From the IMG/VR virus record IMGVR_UViG_3300005512_000324, positions 1-24,224 of that record: 24,224 nucleotides of DNA. One strand, written 5' to 3'. Shown here one piece after another: positions 15,156 through 24,224 of the stretch (position 1 is the first letter of the stretch; each line of letters opens with the position of its first letter). Made by a program: the position numbers and the translations under genes. Source of the DNA: a virus. Lineage: Duplodnaviria > Caudoviricetes. The notes below the pieces were generated by a model. That model saw only the letters and a program-made list of their open reading frames with translations, was not told the origin of the DNA and did not search any database.

Positions 15156-17813
15156 ATGCAAGAAATTAAACAGGAGAAACTATATCAGGCTGGGAAAGTA
15201 GACCAAGGTTTCAATCCATTTAAAGCAGCCGATGTAACTCCATACCTACGGGAAAATCAACAAACAGAGCGAGCCCAGATGCGGGCTATTCAAGACCAAC
15301 AGATGAGCGACGTTAAACTCGCCAACCAATCTGAACGGCTTGCTCTTAAAACAGCACAACAAGAGCAGAACCTCAAGCAATACGTTGCACAGATTGAGGA
15401 TCTGCAGGAGTCACGGGACATGCAACAGCTTGCCCAGTTCTCCAATAAACTATTTGATGTAGTCCATCAAGTACGCGAACAACGTTACAAGGATAGGCAG
15501 GCAGAGATTCAAGTCCTATTCTCTGAAGATGAAGCCGCACGACAGGAAGCTGAGATTCTCCAGAAAGCTGGTGAAGATCAGCTGAGTGTATTGGCTGCCG
15601 GTGATATGGCACTGGCACAGGAAGCAGCAAAGAATAATGAGCCATATTCCTATGTACAACGTATGCGTTCGTTGTCTGGCGAGGATCGCTATCTCTATGC
15701 CACACAACATGCCAACAAGGTAGGTGAGTCATTTAAAAGCTTTGCAGCTCAACAGATGGTTGAGAACAGCGGAATGATCACCTTAGGTAATGGTGTTCAG
15801 ATCCAAATCAACCAACCACGTAATGAAGCAGAAGCATCAGCAGTTATTGGTCACCTCCTAAAAGAGCACATCAAGAATAATGATGCTGAAAACCTCCCAC
15901 CTGGACTTACTGCTACTTATCTCTACAAGCAAACCGATAAAGCAAGAGCTGAGTTACTTCAACAGTTTAGTAAAGACAATGATGTAAGAGAGAGTTATAA
16001 TGATCGCCAACTTGCATTTGAAAATCTCAAAGCACGAATTAGAGCCCACGCAGAAGACCCGGCAGCTATACAAGACTATTTAAACGCAGTTGCTCTAACT
16101 ACAAATGAAGCTGGCACCCAGCGACTTCGGTACCCTGGAGCACACGATGAGTTTTTCAATGAATTATTGATACTTGCACAATCTGATGACTCTGATGATC
16201 AAGTGCTTGCTGATCAATTGCTTGAACAGTATGGTGAGCTGACATTAAACGGTAGAAAGTTTAAAACTCTCCATGCTGGCCGTATAAACAAATTCCATCA
16301 AAACCTTGCCAACGCACTTAACGATAACATCAACCTGACAAAACAAGCCAAAAAAGATAAGGCTGATTTAATCATTGAAGATATGATTTCTAGCCTTGGC
16401 ACCCAATTTACCAGTGCAGATGTTAAACCAATTATAGACTTTGCAACTAAATCGTATGCAGGTTTTGGCGAACTTTACAATGTATCAGCCTTAGAAAAAC
16501 TCTACTCCCAAGCGTCACTGGGTGGTCAGCAATTAAGAGATTTGCGGGAACTTGTTGATACAAAATTTACTCACGGCAGGATGACAGCCGAAGATTGGAA
16601 CCGTCTTCCTCCATCATTGCAAGAAGAGTATGCAGCCAAATGGGTTCAGCATCAGAAACTTCGAGGTGAAATTTTTGCACCTTATAAAGATTCGATCAAG
16701 CAAATGGTCGATGGCAACCCATATGTAGCAGAGTCAGGCAAAGCAGGACGCATCCTTTCTCCTTTAGTCAAGCGAGAACTACTAAGAAAATTTGACAAAG
16801 CAGTTATCAACTTGCAAAACCAAGAGGATAGTCCGTATCGAGATGATGATGCAGCAGCTGCTAAAGCACTATCTGATATAACTAAAGAGTTCACTGACGG
16901 CGTTGATAACGAAAAAAGTCAATACTTTGTAGACCCTTCTCTTGGTTTCAAAAATTATTTGTTTTATGGAACAAGTGATAAGGAATTGACAGCTCGACAA
17001 CGTGAACGTCAAAACTTAGTCAACCAGATGGCTCAAAATGTTGGAAAACGTGCCTGGGGTTCTCCTCAACTTATTGGCACTAAAGAAGAGATTCGTGGCA
17101 TGAAAACACGTTATGAATCTGGTGGAGGTGTTGATCCTTTCTTGCAGACAGTTGCTCAACGCAATGGTATTTCTTGGATGGAAGTCCTCAATATGCAACT
17201 AAAAGCACAAGGTGATGAACCAGTGGAAACTTTTGAACAAATTTTACAAGTAACTCAACAGCAGACGCCTGAACTTCAACGTCAGATTCGTGGTCTTGCT
17301 AATGGATATTTTAATTCACTTCAACTAGATCGCTTACGAGGTGCACGATATGTGCGTCCAAATTATTCTACTTTGGTTTCTTCTGTCCCGTCAAAAGATC
17401 GTCTTGTTAATGCGATCGTTGATCAGGAGTCTTCAGGTAATCCAAATGCAGTTAACTCACGTACTGGCGCTAGTGGTTTGATCCAAGTGCTGCCTGAAAA
17501 TATTCCTACTTGGACTCAAAAGTATTTAGGCATTCGTATGACTCCAGCACAATACCGTGCTGATGTGAATGCACAGAATCAACTTGCAGTCGCCTACTTT
17601 AATGAGTTAGTAGAAATGCATACTGCTCCTGGTCGTTCACAAGAGGAGATCATTCGTCGGGTAGCTGCACACCATTATGGTGGCCCTGGTGCTGTAGATC
17701 ATTGGAATAACCCTGGATACCACTCCAGAAGTGGTCCTTACAACCCTGGCAATGAACCCAACATGCAGGAGTACACCGCATCTATTTGGGCTAAATATTC
17801 AGGAGGTATGTAA
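15156..17813 (+). CDS. Internal virion protein, T7 gp15-like, with C-terminal lytic transglycosylase (SLT) domain
   Basis: Long helical body. The C-terminus has LVNAIVDQESSGNPNAVNSRTGASGLIQV...HHYGGPG...YTASIW (catalytic ES, GLxQ). Confidence 0.85.
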   Translation: MQEIKQEKLYQAGKVDQGFNPFKAADVTPYLRENQQTERAQMRAIQDQQMSDVKLANQSERLALKTAQQEQNLKQYVAQIEDLQESRDMQQLAQFSNKLFDVVHQVREQRYKDRQAEIQVLFSEDEAARQEAEILQKAGEDQLSVLAAGDMALAQEAAKNNEPYSYVQRMRSLSGEDRYLYATQHANKVGESFKSFAAQQMVENSGMITLGNGVQIQINQPRNEAEASAVIGHLLKEHIKNNDAENLPPGLTATYLYKQTDKARAELLQQFSKDNDVRESYNDRQLAFENLKARIRAHAEDPAAIQDYLNAVALTTNEAGTQRLRYPGAHDEFFNELLILAQSDDSDDQVLADQLLEQYGELTLNGRKFKTLHAGRINKFHQNLANALNDNINLTKQAKKDKADLIIEDMISSLGTQFTSADVKPIIDFATKSYAGFGELYNVSALEKLYSQASLGGQQLRDLRELVDTKFTHGRMTAEDWNRLPPSLQEEYAAKWVQHQKLRGEIFAPYKDSIKQMVDGNPYVAESGKAGRILSPLVKRELLRKFDKAVINLQNQEDSPYRDDDAAAAKALSDITKEFTDGVDNEKSQYFVDPSLGFKNYLFYGTSDKELTARQRERQNLVNQMAQNVGKRAWGSPQLIGTKEEIRGMKTRYESGGGVDPFLQTVAQRNGISWMEVLNMQLKAQGDEPVETFEQILQVTQQQTPELQRQIRGLANGYFNSLQLDRLRGARYVRPNYSTLVSSVPSKDRLVNAIVDQESSGNPNAVNSRTGASGLIQVLPENIPTWTQKYLGIRMTPAQYRADVNAQNQLAVAYFNELVEMHTAPGRSQEEIIRRVAAHHYGGPGAVDHWNNPGYHSRSGPYNPGNEPNMQEYTASIWAKYSGGM

Positions 17814-20800
17814 TGGATTACAAGGATTATGAACTTCAATATGACGGTCCTGATAGTGAGCTTACAGAGGAAGAACGTCAAGCACGTCTAAAAGAAGAAC
17901 AGGACAGACTTTACGATTTAGAGCAGGAAGACAAAGCACGCTTCCAAGCAGAGGCTGAGGCAGAGGCTGCTAAAACCAAACCAGCAGATTTAAGACCGGA
18001 CACTATTGGACGTTCTGCTGCTGCACAGCGCCAAGAGTCTTCACCTAAAGAACGTGAAGAATCAGCTCCAGAAGAACCTGAATCAGATGGCCAGCCTCTC
18101 GAACGTTATAGAGAGATGCTTGGTGATATAGGCGGCACTGTCGCTGATGTTGCTCAGCAAGGTTCAGATGTAGCTACTGCTGTCGGCGCTGGTGCTGTTG
18201 ATTATGTTATTGACACCACCAACATGCTGACTGGTGCCAAGATCCCTAAATACAAAAAGTTTGAAACTAAGTACGCAGAGTCTGTAAGGGAGATCTCTTC
18301 CTTTGTTGTTCCTAACCTTGTTATTGGTGCTGGAGCTACACGGCTTGGTCAACTGGCAAACGCAAAAGTTGGCTGGGGTATTGGTCAAAGCAAACTGACT
18401 CAACTTATTGGTAAGACAGGTGTTGACCTTGGTACTGGTGTCATTGTTGACTATACCAATACGAACTCGACGGAAGGTGATAACCTTACTGGCTTCCTTA
18501 AGAAGTCGTTTCCTAAAACTTTTGAATGGATTAGTGATGACATCGCTACTCTTGACCGCGATTCTCCTGATCTAAAGCGTAAGAAGAGTATCTATGAAGG
18601 TGTCGGTCTTGGCATGTTCACTGCTCTCTTTGAAGCTGCCGGGACAATGGCTAAGGGTGTGCTTGGAAGAAATAACATCACTCAATACATCCCAGAATCT
18701 GAATCTGGAGCAAAACTTCTTCAAGACATCAATGAAGCTCGGAAAAACGGAGATCTTCCAGAGGATGTGTTTTCACAAGCAGTTAAATCCACAGAAGACG
18801 CTTTAGATGAGATTGGTGCTGAGCAGCTGTCACGTGCAGTTGACTTAGATCAACCTATGGTTGGAGTCCATTCAAACTTCTCTATTGGTGAGGAAGGTGT
18901 TCGTTCTGTAGATAACGGTGGTGTTATTGGTGCAAGTGTTGACGCTGTTCGTATTCAAAAAAATCTGAACACTCGTTATGGACGTTTGGGCAGCATTCTT
19001 ACTGACGCTGCTAAAAAGTATGGTCTGGAAGTTGACAACTTGACTAAACGAATGGTTGTCAAACAAATCACTGATACTATCAAACGAGCAGGAAAATATT
19101 CTGCAGTCCTTGCAGATGGTAGACCAGTTAACTTTGAAGAGATTGATGCTGCTGGCACATTGCTAGCTGAGGTTCTTGTTGATCCTCGTATGGATTCTGG
19201 AATGCTTAAGGGTGTTCTGGATGAGTACAAAGACATGATCAATGACCTTGGTAAGCAAGCTGGGGTTTCTAAAGAAGTACTTGGTAAGACTGGTTATAAC
19301 GCCGCCATGAAAGCCATCAAGGGCTACATGAGTGAATTTATTGATATGGATGTACAGAAAGCTTCTGCTTATCTGGCTACATCTATGGCTGGTGAAATGT
19401 CTGATATTGCTGAGGGTGCTCGCTATATCGAAGACACCGAAGCCATTGCACGGGCTCAAGAAATGATCCTTGACCGTATGGAATATCTGATGGTTGAGAA
19501 GGGTCTTGCAGCCTACAATTGGGGTGCTTCGCTTAACTTCCTAAATACTTGGAAACGCTTTAGTAACAACCCTGAGATCCTTGCGAAGGCTGGCCAGAAC
19601 GCTCAAGAGCAAACAGAAGATGCTCTGAAGAACATTGTTAACAGGGCTAAAAATTCAGCTAACTCGCTGCGGGAAATCTCTAAAACCCGTCCTGAATTCC
19701 TTGTGCCTCTACAGATGGCATGGGAGTTTTCCGATGGCAACATTGATACCATTTCCAAGCTTCATAACTATGTCAATAACAGCCTAGGAACGATTAGTAA
19801 AGCGTTCATTGATTTGCAGCCAGAGATTCCTAGTCAGATCATGCAGGGTGTATGGTCCAATATCTACAACTCTGTACTGTCTGGATTAGGTACTGTTATT
19901 AAAGCAGGCGCTGGTAACGCAGTATTAATGCTGGTAAAACCAATCAGCATCTTTGCTGGTGCTGCTGCGGCTGGTGATATGAAGACGATCAAGCGTGCTG
20001 CTTATCAATACAAGGCTGTTGGAGATACCTTTGGTAAGGCTTTAAAGCACATGGGTACTGTCTATCGCAAAGCAGCAGAAGACCCAACTTCTGTTAGCTA
20101 TATCATGCGTGATGAGCTGGTTTACAAAAACGAGGCAACGATGGATATTCTCCACTCGTTTGCTATGTCAGCACAACAAAAGGGTGAAGATGGTCCGATG
20201 GTTCTGTACAACATGGCAGAGACCATGCAGGACATTGCTAATCACCCCTGGCTACGGTTCGGTGCTAACGCAATGACAGCACTTGACGGCTTCACACGTG
20301 CCACGATGGCAAACATTGAAGCAAGGGGACGTGTGTATGACCGCATGATGCTTGCTGGTAATAACAGGATGCTCAACGCTGATGAGCTTGTTAAAGCAGA
20401 GCGTGAAGTGTATGACAGCATGTTTGACAAAAACGGCATGATTAATGATAAAGCAGTTGACTACGCTTCACGTGAGATTGCACTTAACCTAGACACTGAC
20501 AATGTTCGTACTCTTAGTAATTTTATTGCAAAGGCACCGGGACTTAAACCCTTCCTAATGTTCCCGCGAACTGCAGATAACATGATTGCACTGACTAATA
20601 AATTTAGTCCAGTCTCAGTTTTTATCCAAGACTACAACAAACTTGCACTGCCGGGAATGGATTTTAGTGGTGACGAAATAAAAAACATTCTTCAATCACG
20701 AGGGTTGCCTGTCACTGATGAAGCATTTAGGCAACTTAGAGCTGAAATCCGTGGTCGAAAGGCTATTGGTATGGCAAGCATCATCGGCGCTTCTTACATG

Positions 20801-21799
20801 TTCATGCAAGATCGTTTACACGGTAATGGACACTTTGATAAAGAACGTCAAAGGGTTCGTAATGAAGCCGGTTGGAAACCCCGTAGTTTCCTAGGTGATG
20901 ACGGTAAGTGGTATAGCTATGAATTCCTTGGTCCTATGGCTGAATTTATCACTGTAACTGCTGACATTATGGATCATATGGACACCATTGATTCAGAAAA
21001 TGGTGAGCACTTGTTAGCCAAAATGGGCTTTATTCTTGGCGCAAACCTTACCAACAAATCTTTCTTGGCTGGTTTAGAGCCAATGAATGATGTGTTGTCT
21101 GGCAACCAAGCAGCGGTTGCACGTTGGTCTGCTAATTTTGGCAGCTCTCTCCTACCGTTCTCTGGATTGCGTAGCGAGTTGGGTAGGGTTATGGCACCTG
21201 ATTTACGTGAAGTTAGGCAGGAAGCTTGGGATCTATTTCACAACCGTAACAAGTTTATTGATGTCTTTAATCCTGATCATGCATTGCCAATTGCTTATGA
21301 CTGGATTGATGGCCGACCTGTTAGCTATTCCGAAAACATGTTCACTCGCCTTTGGAATGCTTATATGCCAATGAAGGTGGCTGATGGTATTACACCTGAA
21401 CGCCAATTCCTTATTGACATTGAGTTTGACGCTCGACCTACGTTTACTAAAGCAAAAGGCGGCATTGAATACACACCAGAAGAACGATCTGAATTGTTCC
21501 GTATTATGGGCCAGCAAGGTAAATTTAGAAATAAACTAAGAGAGATTATGGGTAGTGTTGATGCAGATAAATGGAGAGCGGCAATTAAAGAACACCGCAA
21601 AAATGGCAATTCAATTGATGCCACTAAGTTCGCTAATCTTTACTACAGGGTAAATGCTGCTCTGCGTGATGCAAAGCAACAAGCTGAAAGAGAACTCTCT
21701 AATGCAAGAGAAATTAGAGAAATTCGTGATCGTACCAAATTTAATGTAATTGATCAACGACGTGGGCTAGCACCCAGATTTCCACTCAAAAACCGATAG
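17813..21799 (+). CDS. Large internal virion protein, T7 gp16-like (1328 aa)
   Basis: Size, helical composition and position before the tail fibre gene. No N-terminal SLT motif was seen. Confidence 0.8.
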   Translation: MDYKDYELQYDGPDSELTEEERQARLKEEQDRLYDLEQEDKARFQAEAEAEAAKTKPADLRPDTIGRSAAAQRQESSPKEREESAPEEPESDGQPLERYREMLGDIGGTVADVAQQGSDVATAVGAGAVDYVIDTTNMLTGAKIPKYKKFETKYAESVREISSFVVPNLVIGAGATRLGQLANAKVGWGIGQSKLTQLIGKTGVDLGTGVIVDYTNTNSTEGDNLTGFLKKSFPKTFEWISDDIATLDRDSPDLKRKKSIYEGVGLGMFTALFEAAGTMAKGVLGRNNITQYIPESESGAKLLQDINEARKNGDLPEDVFSQAVKSTEDALDEIGAEQLSRAVDLDQPMVGVHSNFSIGEEGVRSVDNGGVIGASVDAVRIQKNLNTRYGRLGSILTDAAKKYGLEVDNLTKRMVVKQITDTIKRAGKYSAVLADGRPVNFEEIDAAGTLLAEVLVDPRMDSGMLKGVLDEYKDMINDLGKQAGVSKEVLGKTGYNAAMKAIKGYMSEFIDMDVQKASAYLATSMAGEMSDIAEGARYIEDTEAIARAQEMILDRMEYLMVEKGLAAYNWGASLNFLNTWKRFSNNPEILAKAGQNAQEQTEDALKNIVNRAKNSANSLREISKTRPEFLVPLQMAWEFSDGNIDTISKLHNYVNNSLGTISKAFIDLQPEIPSQIMQGVWSNIYNSVLSGLGTVIKAGAGNAVLMLVKPISIFAGAAAAGDMKTIKRAAYQYKAVGDTFGKALKHMGTVYRKAAEDPTSVSYIMRDELVYKNEATMDILHSFAMSAQQKGEDGPMVLYNMAETMQDIANHPWLRFGANAMTALDGFTRATMANIEARGRVYDRMMLAGNNRMLNADELVKAEREVYDSMFDKNGMINDKAVDYASREIALNLDTDNVRTLSNFIAKAPGLKPFLMFPRTADNMIALTNKFSPVSVFIQDYNKLALPGMDFSGDEIKNILQSRGLPVTDEAFRQLRAEIRGRKAIGMASIIGASYMFMQDRLHGNGHFDKERQRVRNEAGWKPRSFLGDDGKWYSYEFLGPMAEFITVTADIMDHMDTIDSENGEHLLAKMGFILGANLTNKSFLAGLEPMNDVLSGNQAAVARWSANFGSSLLPFSGLRSELGRVMAPDLREVRQEAWDLFHNRNKFIDVFNPDHALPIAYDWIDGRPVSYSENMFTRLWNAYMPMKVADGITPERQFLIDIEFDARPTFTKAKGGIEYTPEERSELFRIMGQQGKFRNKLREIMGSVDADKWRAAIKEHRKNGNSIDATKFANLYYRVNAALRDAKQQAERELSNAREIREIRDRTKFNVIDQRRGLAPRFPLKNR

Positions 21800-21814
21800 C
21801 TATGATTTTATCTA

Positions 21815-24224
21815 ATGGCAACCACAGAGAATACATTTACAGGTAATGGAACTCTAAATAGTTTCGCCTTCACATTCCCAATAATTAAGCGAGATGACGT
21901 TAAGGTTTCACTTAACGACACCCTCATCGCATCAACTGAATACACATTTACAAACGACACAACGATCGTTTTTGATGCCATTACTCCTGCTACAGACTTG
22001 CAGGAAACGTCTGGTGCTCCTAAGTCAGGCGTTGCAGTTAGGGTTTTTCGTCAAACCGATGTAGACGATCCGGTAGCAACTTTCTTTGCCGGATCGGCTA
22101 TTCGGGCACAAGACTTGAATGATAACTTCCTGCAGGTTACCTACCGCTCGCAGGAAGACGAAAATAATAACTGGAATAACAGTACTGAAACAATCAAGTC
22201 AGATGAGACTTGGGACAGCAGTGACACCAAGATTGCAACAACTGCTGCAATGGATCAACGCTTCCAAGATGAAGCGACTGAAACTATCCTTAGCTCTGAA
22301 GCGTGGCCAGCTAGTGGTGATGGCGATGATGACACTATTGCCACTACTAAGGCTATTGAAAACCGTGTAACAGCCAAGATTGACGCTGCTATCACTGGTG
22401 ACATTGCTGGATCTGATGGTGTATCTATTACTGATGATGGTGACGGTACTATTACGGTTGGTTTGACTGCTGGTGCGGTTGACCTGGATCGAATTAAGGC
22501 AGCTGACATCATTGTGTCAGGCGAAGCTAATCCCAACAACGACACCACTATTGCTACCACGGCAAAGATCGATGACATGATCGATGATGCCATTACTGGT
22601 GATATCGCTACTGATAGTACTGGTATTACTGTTACCGATGATGGTGATGGTACTATCACTCTTGGTTTGGCTGATATTGATCTTGATCGAATCAAAGCTG
22701 AAGATATTGTTACATTAGCTGAACAAAACGCTGGTCCTACTACGGACGATGACAGCATCTTTACTACAAGTGCTGCTGCTAAGCGTTTTGACACTCTTGT
22801 GCAAACTGGTACTCCTGCCGGTTCAGATTATCAAGTAGGTAAAACCTGGCTTCAAAATGATGACCAATCAGCATTAAGTGTTTGGGACGGTAGCGCTTGG
22901 ATTACTGTTGCTGAAGGTGGTGGTTTTCGTTCGCAAGATAACGTCATTTATGTTGACAAAACTGGCGGTAGTGATGCATCTAATGTTACTGGACACCGTA
23001 TTAGTAACCCTAGGCTAACTATTAAACAAGCTATTGCTGACATTAACGCTGACATTTCATTGTCTACAGAAACATCTGATGGCTTTGATGGTGGTTCTGG
23101 TTATGCCGAAGGTAACTACACAAGTGTTGCTCTGACCCATTCTTCTGGTACTGGTATTGGTACTGGAGCTACTGCAGACATTAGTGTCAACTCATCCGGT
23201 GTTGTTACTTCTGTCACTATCAATACTGCATCTGCCTTAGAAGAGTATTCCATTGGTGACGTTTTGACTGCTGCTGATGCAGACCTTGGTGGAGGCGGTG
23301 GTTCTGGTTTGCTGATCCCTATCATCGGTGGTGGTGATGGTATGACCGTCATTGTTGCTGCTGGTGTTTATCAAGAAGCTGCTCCTATCCAGATCAAACG
23401 ACGCAATGTGTCCATCGTTGGTATGGCATTGCGTAGCACAATTGTTCACCCCACAGAGGAAACTCAAGGTAACCACTCTTCACAAGCCGCTGGCAACCAT
23501 CCTTTGTTTGAGCTGAACAGTGGTTCGTTTATTCAGAATCTAACTCTAACTGGTATGAAAGCCAGTAATTCAGGTACTAATATACTTGATGCTTCACTTC
23601 CTAGTAAACAAGGTTGGAACTTTGCTTTCTATGATGGCGCCTACATTGTCAAGTCACCTTACATTCAGAACTGCACCAACTTCTCTGATGATGAGATTGA
23701 TAACACTAATCTAAGAGCACACCGTCCTCGTGGTGGTGCAGCTGGTGACACTGATTCCGTAAATCCTACTGGCGGTGGCATGTTGATTGATGGTTCTGTT
23801 CCTGCAACTACTAGCCCGATCCGTTCAATGGTGGCTGATAGCTACACCCACGTTGGTTTGAATGGTCCTGGTATTCTTGTTACTAACAATGGTTACACCC
23901 AGATTACCAGCAGCTATGCGTTCTTTAACAAATACCACATCAAATGTCTCAATGGTGGTCAAGCTAACCTTGCTGCTTCTACCAGTGACTTTGGTGAGCG
24001 TTCTTTGATTGCTGATGGTAAATCAACTGCAGCAATCTTTACTTCTAATGTTGATGGTGCTGCTTCTGATGGTGACACTACCTTTAACATCAATGAGCCT
24101 ACTGCTGGTGTTGGTTGGTTTGGTTCAACTCAACGACCTGCAGAAAACATGCTTGTTGAGGTAAACAGTGTTATCTATCCAATCCTGTCTGCAACTGCAA
24201 ACACTGATAGTGAAGGTGGAGCTG
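21815..24224 (+). CDS. Tail fibre / tailspike (T7 gp17-like N-terminus plus beta-helix), 3' partial; not in ORF track
   Basis: An open frame from ATG21815 to the window end (about 803 aa). It begins MATTENTFTGNG..FAFTFP..KRDDVKV...FRQT...FFAGSAIRAQDLNDNFLQ (T7 fibre anchor), continues with repeats, then a pectin-lyase-like beta-helix. Confidence 0.92.
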   Translation, partial: MATTENTFTGNGTLNSFAFTFPIIKRDDVKVSLNDTLIASTEYTFTNDTTIVFDAITPATDLQETSGAPKSGVAVRVFRQTDVDDPVATFFAGSAIRAQDLNDNFLQVTYRSQEDENNNWNNSTETIKSDETWDSSDTKIATTAAMDQRFQDEATETILSSEAWPASGDGDDDTIATTKAIENRVTAKIDAAITGDIAGSDGVSITDDGDGTITVGLTAGAVDLDRIKAADIIVSGEANPNNDTTIATTAKIDDMIDDAITGDIATDSTGITVTDDGDGTITLGLADIDLDRIKAEDIVTLAEQNAGPTTDDDSIFTTSAAAKRFDTLVQTGTPAGSDYQVGKTWLQNDDQSALSVWDGSAWITVAEGGGFRSQDNVIYVDKTGGSDASNVTGHRISNPRLTIKQAIADINADISLSTETSDGFDGGSGYAEGNYTSVALTHSSGTGIGTGATADISVNSSGVVTSVTINTASALEEYSIGDVLTAADADLGGGGGSGLLIPIIGGGDGMTVIVAAGVYQEAAPIQIKRRNVSIVGMALRSTIVHPTEETQGNHSSQAAGNHPLFELNSGSFIQNLTLTGMKASNSGTNILDASLPSKQGWNFAFYDGAYIVKSPYIQNCTNFSDDEIDNTNLRAHRPRGGAAGDTDSVNPTGGGMLIDGSVPATTSPIRSMVADSYTHVGLNGPGILVTNNGYTQITSSYAFFNKYHIKCLNGGQANLAASTSDFGERSLIADGKSTAAIFTSNVDGAASDGDTTFNINEPTAGVGWFGSTQRPAENMLVEVNSVIYPILSATANTDSEGGA
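22328..22760 (+). repeat. Diverged tandem duplication of about 70 aa in the tail fibre shaft
   Basis: DDTIATT..KIDAAITGDIAGSDGVSITDDGDGTITVGL...DLDRIKAADI versus DTTIATTAKIDDMIDDAITGDIATDSTGITVTDDGDGTITLGLADIDLDRIKAEDI. Confidence 0.88.

Noticed and set aside
1-24224. Repeated T7-style phage RNA polymerase promoters, tRNAs, CRISPR arrays, NtcA box near the riboswitch
   Set aside because: No recurring 15-23-bp intergenic motif, cloverleaf or repeat-spacer pattern was seen by eye. GTAACGTAC at 8869 has the wrong spacing for GTA-N8-TAC. A motif-discovery run would be needed to exclude weak promoters.

Overview
Part of a T7-like cyanopodovirus genome (Autographiviridae-type), with every real gene on the + strand. 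The host is most likely a phycobilisome-bearing marine Synechococcus (inferred from nblA and psbA). Gene order: 3' end of a family A DNA polymerase, exonuclease, an overprinted nblA-like gene, DUF3310, a MazG-like NTP pyrophosphohydrolase, a compact class I ribonucleotide reductase (alpha and beta), two small or low-complexity genes, portal and scaffold. An accessory island follows: psbA, hli, two tiny Lys-rich ORFs, an outer-membrane beta-barrel-like protein, a glutamine-II (Downstream-peptide) riboswitch driving a DUF4278/YRG peptide, and a coupled Cys-rich peptide. After it come a structured leader, major capsid, a terminator, tail tubular A and B, three internal virion proteins (one with a C-terminal lytic transglycosylase) and a chimeric tail fibre that runs off the window end. 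Several real small genes are absent from the supplied ORF track and were translated by hand. All family assignments come from motif recognition, not database searches.
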